DNA of 64,000 nucleotides from Amoebidium appalachense. Its lineage: Eukaryota; Protista; Ichthyosporea. The translations under genes and the position numbers were made by a program. The DNA lies in contig CAVNZM010000004.1 in assembly GCA_963693365.1 (NCBI GenBank), positions 11,188,468-11,252,467 on the forward strand. Direction: 5' to 3'. The first letter of the stretch is position 1, and every line of letters starts with the position of its first letter. Below the pieces are notes generated by a model. The model saw only the letters and a program-made list of their open reading frames with translations, ran no database searches and was not told the origin of the DNA. Positions 1 to 64,000 of this stretch are shown here, in pieces.

Positions 1-582
1 TTGCTTGTGTGGTGTTGGTGCGTGTATGGGTGTGTGTGCGGTTGTGTACGTGTACATAGGTGTTTGTGTTTGTTTTTGTGTTTGTGTTCGTGTGTGCTTG
101 TGTGTCATCCTGGTGTGCTGCACCATGGTGTATGTGTGGCGTGTTAGTGTGTGCGCACGCAAAACGAATGAACACAATAAGAGCACCCGGATGTATTCTT
201 GTTGTGTGTGTGTAGGCGCTTTGCGTGTGCAGACCACAGGTTTTTTCGCTAGTTGACTCTAATCATAGCCATGCGTGGTATGGTGTGTTGCTTGCAGTGT
301 CAATCCGCCAACGAGGTTGTCTGGGGAAATCAGTTCAGTAGCTAACCCAGCAGCCAACTTACATGACCGTTCGAATGGTTGCACTTAGCAAACATTTATT
401 TTCAAAATAAATAAAGTGTTCGCCCACCTCCAAATGGGAAAAAAAAAATACACCACCTTCCATGGACCTCGTGCTATCCAGCCCGCACACACATGGTTGC
501 CTGATTACTGTCAGTTTCCTGTTTCTATCCCAGGGCAAGAAACTTACACACACACCACTTACCACACCATCCATGCACACAG

Positions 583-39662
<39,080 letters not shown>

Positions 39663-40665
39663 GCTTGAAAATTTGCATAGGACCCCCCCCAGATAAGATT
39701 GGCAGAAGATTCGTCGGTAGAGTGCATATGGCAAGTGATATGAACCTGGTATTTGAACCGAGGGGTATGTTTTGGAAGAAGTGCAATGTCACGGTTCCTT
39801 TTGGACAAAAAAAAAAAAAAAAAAAAAGTAGGAATATGCTTGGTGAGGGTGGATATTTAATTGAGAGATAACCAGTGGATAGACAACAGAAATTGGATAA
39901 TAAATGTGGGATAGGCACTGAGTGGGAGATTGCATGGCTGTGAGCAGGTCTCTGGCAGACCGGATATTAGCCTTAGCATTCCCAAATAAAGGGGGGGGAA
40001 AAAAAAAGGCAGCATACATAGCTGCAGGCTGCATGCATTGGCACGAGTGAGTTGCCACCCAATATCTAAATGCCCCCCCCCCCTCCCCCCTCCCCCCCCC
40101 CCCTTTTTCCAAAAAAAACAAAAACAAAAAAAAAACAAAAAAAAAACCATCACCACCACAACCATTCGCACAGAAACACAGGTATGCCCACACCCACAAC
40201 ACATCAATCACCCATGCACCCTCTGGCCTTTTAGGCATAGATTTTGTGGATTTCATTGCCCAACCCCCCCAACCCACCCCTCTGTGACACAAGGACCCAC
40301 AAATTGAATAATACTGGTCACTCCTTTTTCGGCTACTGTGTTGGTATTATCACGCTGGTGTCAGGTGAAACTGTAAGGACACCCATACCACACCAAGTTG
40401 TAGAATCTATTTCGACACCGACACAGTCTAGTGTTGGAAGTTCAACTCCTAACCCTGCAAATATGCGTCTGACATACGGTAGTGGTCAACATATGGTTGT
40501 GACTTACGTCTGTCGATCATCGCACTACTATTTTCAACTGGTCCGTTTGCTTCACAGGCACCGCCTAAACATCTGACCATAATACCATCCCCCCTCCCCC
40601 CCCCCCCCCTCCCCCAGCCACCCACCCGCCCGCCCATATATACAAAAGCCTACCCAGCAGGCCAA

Positions 40666-56254
<15,589 letters not shown>

Positions 56255-56602
56255 TTTCGGTTGCTTTTAGCCCTCAGGCCAAGGCAAAAAAACAATCTAC
56301 GTCTTATTTGTGCACAAGCACATCCTTGCCTCCGGCACCGAGTCGACCTGTCCTAGGCCTTCAGCCGCTCGAAGAAAGTTGTGTGTGTTTGGCGCCAAAG
56401 TGGCACATGATGCGGCGCCAGCGGGCCTTCTTTAGAAAGTCTGTGGCGCAAACTGTTTCTAATTATAACCAATCGACCCCATTTTGGTTTTTCAGCGCGC
56501 TGATGCATATGATCAAAGGCTGGCTTGCGGCTGAAGGCAGGGGGTGCCGGTGGTGGTGCCGGTGGTGGTGGTGTGTATGTGTATGTGGTTTTCGGGGGTG
56601 GG

Positions 56603-56670
<68 letters not shown>

Positions 56671-57269
56671 GGTGTGTTGACCAAACAAGTTTACCATAGG
56701 GTCAGTTGCTAGCCTGGATTTTGAGTTCATATGTCTCAGTTCAATTCAATAGATCTACCAAGCACCGATTTCTCTGAGTTCGAGTGCGCGTACGTATGGA
56801 CCCTGCGAGTAGCACCGCGTATGGTTATGCAGCCTGAGACCAAACTAAGGGAGAGTTGAATCTTATCTGCTAGGCAATGAATAAGTTTACGTGCTGAAGT
56901 TCAGCACTGTTTTAGTAGAAGTTGTACATGTAGAGTCTAGCATTCAATAGAGAAATAGTAAAGGTGCTGGATCCGGAGTCCAGGAGTCGAGCAATGAATC
57001 AGCGTAATTATTGTAAGTGCTGGAGTCCAGCATTGGAGCAGTGAAAATAAGCCTAAGGGAGCCTTCGGGATCTTACAGGAACCTATCTATAAATATGCTT
57101 CTGTAACCTACGAGTTGTACCGCTTGTAACGAAACGAAGAAGTGAGTGAGGATCACGTAGCCTGATGCACTCGACTTATAAAACCAAGTAAGATATAGCT
57201 GGAAGCTATCTGACCTAGGATCCCATACACCAAGATCTCTTTTGAGCACTCCCGAATTTGTAACCGGAG

Positions 57270-57565
57270 CATTGTACTGTAAAGTATTTTTCGTCGCATT
57301 ACAGTGTGGCAGAAAGGAAATCAACACTGCTCCAAACTTCTCATGTACAGGTCCGAAAACTACTCAAGGCCTCCTACTCTGACGATGACTATACTCCACT
57401 TTGTGCCGTTGACAAGCCATTGTACTGTAAAGTATTTTTCGTCGCATTACAGTGTGGCAGAAAGGAAATCAACACTGCTCCAAACTTCTCATGTACAGGT
57501 CCGAAAACTACTCAAGGCCTCCTACGCTGACGATGACTATACTCCACTTTGTGCCGTTGACAAGC
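57270..57565. repeat. 148-bp direct tandem duplication (2 copies, 1 mismatch)
   Basis: CATTGTACTGTAAAG...GTTGACAAGC at 57270-57417 and 57418-57565. Confidence 0.95.
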
Positions 57566-57861
57566 TTTGGGTCTTTGAACTGGCTCCTGGATGTGCATTG
57601 CTTGAGTGAGGAGAAGTGCGGGAGACAGGGGGAGAGAAGGGTGAACCTTTGTTTGATGCGAAGATTGGCTATTGCCAGCAAACCCATGTTGCCTTAAAGC
57701 AATAGTCGAATTCGGTCACCATGTCATCTTGCTTTAATCGCCCACCGCCAGGCAAACGGTCCAGCCATTCCGCCCAGATACATACATCGCGTCTCAGAAT
57801 CAACCCACAAGCATCGACATTCATACAGATAATTCCTTAATGCTAAAGGAGATAGCAGCTC

Positions 57862-58470
57862 TTATAAAGAAACAGCAACGGAAAAATTTTCGCCAGCATT
57901 GTTATCCCAGAACTCTAAATCACCCACCAGACAGCACACGGCAAACTGAACGAAACTACGGGCCTTTAACTGCTGCAGCTGACCCTCCGTGAGGTCCAGC
58001 TTGAAGCTAAAACAACTATAGTAGTCGTGTCGTGCATGGCCAAAGTGGTGTGTCGTGAACGTGGCATCGATGTCTTCGTGTGTCTCCCAGTTGTCAACAG
58101 TGAAACGGACAAACACGTCGACGTCCACATTGTTACTGAGATTTTTGCAAAGAATCTGTCCGACGACAGCGTGAAAAGAAAATGTCAGTGATGCTAACTC
58201 CACCTGCTTGTGATAGTATTCGGCGAGGTGGGACGGAAGGAAAATGGGCTTGTGGAAATTGATGGGAAGAAATTTCACCTGCCCGTTGGCCAGAACATTC
58301 CTGGGTTTGGAGTTGAACGACGACCGTCTCCTCGATGGATAGATGCTTGTTGGGGATGTGCTTCCCAGTCTCATCGAGGTGGCAACGGGGCTTGTGCGTG
58401 TTCCAAAAGTCATCATGTCAATAGCGCTATCACGCCTTTGCTGAAGCATCACAGCCATGGCTTCCCACAC
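57862..58470 (-). CDS. CBM21 (starch/glycogen-binding) domain protein, PP1 glycogen-targeting subunit-like; apparently intronless, first ATG at 58458
   Basis: GQILCKNL...VFVRFTVDNWETHEDIDATF...FSFKLDL...VQFAVCC...EFWDNNAGENFSV reproduces the CBM21 pattern G.V.V.NL....V.VR.T.D.W ... F.F ... FAV ... WDNN.G.NY. Confidence 0.85.
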   Translation of the reverse strand: MWEAMAVMLQQRRDSAIDMMTFGTRTSPVATSMRLGSTSPTSIYPSRRRSSFNSKPRNVLANGQVKFLPINFHKPIFLPSHLAEYYHKQVELASLTFSFHAVVGQILCKNLSNNVDVDVFVRFTVDNWETHEDIDATFTTHHFGHARHDYYSCFSFKLDLTEGQLQQLKARSFVQFAVCCLVGDLEFWDNNAGENFSVAVSL

Positions 58471-60138
58471 AACGCGTGTGTATAAATTAAAGAACTGGAA
58501 AAAGGCTTTGCCTACAGATTCGTGTGTTGTGCAAAGGACTGTTCACGCTGTTTGCATGATATGTCTGCAACGCCCGTAGACATGCCACCCTGGTGTCCAA
58601 ACCTTTGATCTACCGCCACTACAAACTAAGAGAGAAGTGTGCGTTTTCAGGACATTCAGATGAAGACCAATAATTGTTGCTGTCACACACTTCACTTCGG
58701 CCGGTAGGGAGTGTACAAGGAGTTTGAAGTGCATCCCTCCCCCATCGCTCTCACCATTTATATCCGTTGGGATCCCGTGATTGAGCTCTGGTTCACAAGC
58801 GAGCCAGCAATCTTGCGCATGATTCGTATCCAATAACATTACCAAGACTTAAACATAAAGCATAAAATTTAGGGTGTAGTATGTCACAGTCATATGACGC
58901 AATGCATATTTCGCTACAGCTATATGAGATATGCTGGCACTTTCATTCTCAAATGATGGCTAAACCTTTTACTATTCGATCACCCATACATAACATGAGA
59001 AGCCTCGAAAACGTTTTCTCAAGCCTCAAGGAGACCGAGCACTGGATTGCGAGTCCGACCAGGCCGCCGCAGCCGCCTGACTCGATTGCCGACTCGATCC
59101 TGGGAAATCCAAGCTTTGATTGGCTCATGGGACCTAGCAAGATAATTGCGTAGTGCCGCCTGAAAGCCAAACCAGTGTGCAGTTTGTAGGAGTCATGTGC
59201 AGCCGGCCCACGGGAAAGCCAATCGGAAAAAAACATCGACCTTTTAGGTAGCCAATAGGAGCTTACAAAGTAGATGAATTAGGCTTCTAGATCATGGCGA
59301 TTGCTTGGGGTTTTTCTTATACAAAACAATTTCCTTAGCTGCACCGAATAATAGACATCGCCTGTAGGCAACAAAACATACATTTGTGATATATTATCAA
59401 CGCATAATATTATATATAAAAAAGTTGATCTAGATAACAATGCCTTATATAATCATTTTACTTAAATTTATGGAGCGTTGATAGATCGAGAGGAATTGGC
59501 GCACATCTCCCAGATCCGAGGCAGCAGTAGAGTGTAGGGAGAAAAAGGGTGCATACCACACATGCCATTTGCATCAACCTGTTTTGAAGTTTGTTCCCGG
59601 GGCTCTGTATTTTTCCATCTCTTCTTTCTTGCTTTCTTTCCATGTAACACTGTTAGCCTTACTGCTTAAAAATGAAGCATAAAGCAGCACAATTTTTTAT
59701 TTTACCATTTTCCTAGTGTTGTTATGGATTCACTGATCGATATATATATGGAGTCGGCCTCGAACTGGCCGAGGCCGGCCGGCGGCCCTCGCCAGCGCAC
59801 TGCATGCGCAGGCAACCGGCCCATTGTACCAGCTGGTCAAGTTGCGGCTGAACGAGTACGGTACCAGGGATGTGTCGCCTCAGGGACGGATGGTTCACGG
59901 GCGGGTTTGTGGCTCTGGGGGACGGGCCTGGGTTGGGTTGGGTTTGCCCTTGCCGCGGACGGTTGGGTGTTGGTTCTTTCCTCTGTTGGTGCCGGGTCAA
60001 CCCGCGGGTTTCATGATAAGCTCAGTCAACAGCTCTGTCACGTGCACTACTATTGCATGGCACTAGCCATTAGCTGTTTCACGCCATGTTAACGTTGCTG
60101 CTATTGATGTGTATAATGATGATTGCATGCAGACTTGC

Positions 60139-61130
<992 letters not shown>

Positions 61131-61253
61131 GTTATGATAGAATAGTCTATCTGTTTATTCCTGCTCTTCCCAGTCACGTACTTGGCCTGTTCCTGCCTAT
61201 CCCGCCCCCGCGTACTTGGGGACCGCTGGGGCCGCATACGCCAGGAACCATAA

Positions 61254-62375
61254 GGGCCTGTTTGGCAGCACCCCAATAGGGGTTTACACACTTTTTATTG
61301 CGTGGACATTGCCGGAGGCCCAGCCACATTCGACGGCCTACTGCGTTTTCCAGCACAGCAATAATCGTATTCGTATTTAGGCCCTAAATACGATCTACCG
61401 TATTTACAAGATTTATCGTGGTATGCGTATTTAGGGCCTAAATACGGTTGGTGCCTTCCAAACGCTGTCAGGCGTGACTGGTCACATAAAATGTCGATAC
61501 ATGGTTCACGAGATCTGATTGGCCCTATTTGCACCCATTGATCATCCTTCGGTATTCCATGCATATAGACTGGTGCAGCTGTAGTCAGTATTACAGCGAA
61601 CGGCAAAAACGAGTCACCGACAGTGAGTCTTGCTCTGTTTAACAATAGGTTAGAATGTCTGTTATTGAAGGGATACTGCCAGTTATTGCGGTGGCTAGCC
61701 TTGCTAGAAACCTCGTTTTACGTCACCAACGTTCGTCCCTGGCATTCCCCACATATCTGATCATGAACACATAATGAGTGTTAAAATTTGTCCTTATGCA
61801 GTACTCGTTGTGCCTGCATGTCACCGAGTTTGTACATGTACATTTGATTGTTTTTATTAATGCATATATCGGAGTCCAGTATTGTTTCAATGACTATTAT
61901 GGCATATATATACAGTCTGAGCTTGTTATCATGCACCGTGTAGGGTTCCTCGTTCTCTGTCTTACCTGTGCAGCCCAAATTCATGCGCAAATTTTAACTG
62001 AGCATGTACACAAAATGACGTGTATGACACCGACCTTCTTTTTAACATTGAATTGTTCACGTGCATGCGCCGGCATGCGTACTGTAGCACGTACTGTAGT
62101 AAAAATTTGCCCGCCGCGGCTTACGCTGTACCATTGGCTAGCTGATAGCCAATAAATGATGCGAAATGCTCTGATTGGATAATTTCCTATATCGCATTTA
62201 CGAAAATCACCTCCGGAGGTGATTTTCGTAAATACGATATAAAAGCGATCCCTATCGTATTTACAAAAAATAAAAGCCCGCGGCGTGTTTGGCATGCCAC
62301 GGGATCGTATACGTATTTAGGCCCTAAATACGAATACGATAAAAAACCGTATTTAGCGCGCTACCAAACAGGCCC
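61254..62375. mobile_element. PIF/Harbinger (Tourist-like) MITE
   Basis: TIRs GGGCCTGTTTGG(C/T)AGC at 61254 and ending 62375, TAA TSD on both sides (61251-61253, 62376-62378), subterminal palindrome CGTATTTAGG(G/C)CCTAAATACG at about 61372, 61426 and 62311; no coding capacity. Confidence 0.88.
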
Positions 62376-62501
62376 TAACTGTCTTCCTATTGGCTAGTAC
62401 ATAATCCCGATCTATCCTGATGCGATTCCTGAAGCGCATATTATAGATATTTGCGCAAGAGGTGGGGGGAGAGGGGCCCACCTGGCCGAGTGGGGTGGTG
62501 G

Positions 62502-62538
<37 letters not shown>

Positions 62539-62579
62539 CCCCGAGTATCTTTTCCACCCACCAAAGATTGTATTCGTTA

Positions 62580-62697
<118 letters not shown>

Positions 62698-62763
62698 ACC
62701 CATTTTTTTGGAGCACTTGCCCCGTTTTGGCCACTGACGCATACCCACCTCCCCTCCCCCTCC

Positions 62764-62794
<31 letters not shown>

Positions 62795-62831
62795 ACACAC
62801 ATACATACACACTCGTACATGTACACACGCA

Positions 62832-62890
<59 letters not shown>

Positions 62891-63644
62891 CGCGCGCGAG
62901 GAAGTACACGCACGCACGCACGCACACACACGCACACACACATTTTAACACACACACACACACACACACAGCATACACACACACACACACAGACACACAC
63001 ACAGACACAAACACACTTCCCACTTGTTGGTGCCCCCGGGGGGGGGGGGGGGGGGGGGGGATTATGACCGTATGGTATATAGCCTGAGACTCAGCAGGTG
63101 ATCAAGGAATCCTATTGGTTAGCCTCAATGTCACGTTTTGGCATTATTTGTAAACCGCTGCTGATTATAGCACTATCATGTGATCAAGATATCTGATATG
63201 ATAGTCGCATGATGGCAGCTGTGCCTATGGGGTGGATGGCGCCCCCCTCCCCTCCCCCCCCAGCTACTCATGTGGGTGATGTGGGTGATGAGTCCCTCCC
63301 TCGCTTCCCCTGCTAGTCCGAGGGGTGGGTGGGTCCCCCCCCCTCCCCTCCTAAAAAAAGTTGCTACTACATACCCCCCTCCACGTTTCAAAATCAAGAG
63401 TCCCTAATCTTGGGGTTTTTCGTACCTGGTTCAGTGCTTTGTGGTGGGCAGGCTTTCCCGTGGTTTGTTTTGTTTTGAACTACACCCAGGCACACAAAGC
63501 CAAGTATTTGGCACATTCAAGGGACCTACCACAAGCGACCACCCCCCGCAGAGCAGATTTTCACGTTGACTATCTACATGATTTTCAAGCAGTTCACGTA
63601 GCCCGGATGATTTTCACACAGTCCACCGCGTTGAATGTCTATAT

Positions 63645-63812
63645 GACGGTGACCGTCACAGGCTCCGTGACGTGCACGTTGAATATCTTATGGTCACTAA
63701 ACAGTGTTCAGGTATCTTAGCATGCATATAGACGGTGACCGTCACAGGCTCCGTGACGTGCACGTTGAATATCTCATGGTTTTTAAACAGTGTTCAGGTA
63801 TCTTAGCATGCA
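63645..63812. repeat. 86-bp direct tandem duplication (2 near-identical copies)
   Basis: GACGGTGACCGTCACAGGCTCCGTGACG...GGTATCTTAGCATGCA at 63645 and 63731. Confidence 0.92.
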
Positions 63813-63926
63813 CTTGCTATCGCCAATGTATAACTCGTAAAACGAATCTCCTTGTAATGTTGAATATCATAATGCACACACGCACACACGCACACACGCA
63901 CACACGCACACACGCGCACACACACG

Positions 63927-63966
<40 letters not shown>

Positions 63967-64000
63967 GCCGGAGGGGGCATGTCTGCATCTACCTTGTGGA

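Noticed and set aside
200-540. Upstream vWA exon carrying DxSxS (e.g. MDLVLSS at 462)
   Set aside because: No DxSxS motif or convincing splice pair found; the gene start probably lies outside the window.

Overview
Eukaryotic, very intron-rich DNA with introns full of poly-C, (CA)n, (GT)n and (CT)n tracts; almost all short ORFs in the supplied track are microsatellite read-throughs. I reconstruct three host genes by manual splicing. (1) A giant + strand type-I membrane adhesion receptor (48 exons visible, 583-39662, about 2,900 aa, N-terminus upstream of the window). It has a vWA domain, about 35 thrombospondin type-1 repeats, an inserted EGF-EGF-[bacterial-type jelly-roll/CBM-like domain]-EGF-EGF cassette, a Gly/Ala-rich TM helix and an integrin-beta/Dictyostelium Sib-like tail with two NPLY motifs. 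(2) A convergent - strand SCAF4/SCAF8-type CID-domain gene (56254-40666) with GGPPNM repeats and an RS/RD tail but no detectable RRM. (3) An intronless CBM21-domain ORF (57862-58470). Mobile DNA: an intact, very young Ty1/copia element with half-tRNAiMet priming (32007-36935), an inverted solo LTR of the same family 1.4 kb away, a hAT-type MITE and a PIF/Harbinger (Tourist)-type MITE. There are also several minisatellites and tandem duplications. Taxon cannot be determined from this window; a unicellular holozoan- or amoebozoan-like protist is only an inference. Coordinates were read by eye and may be off by a base or two.
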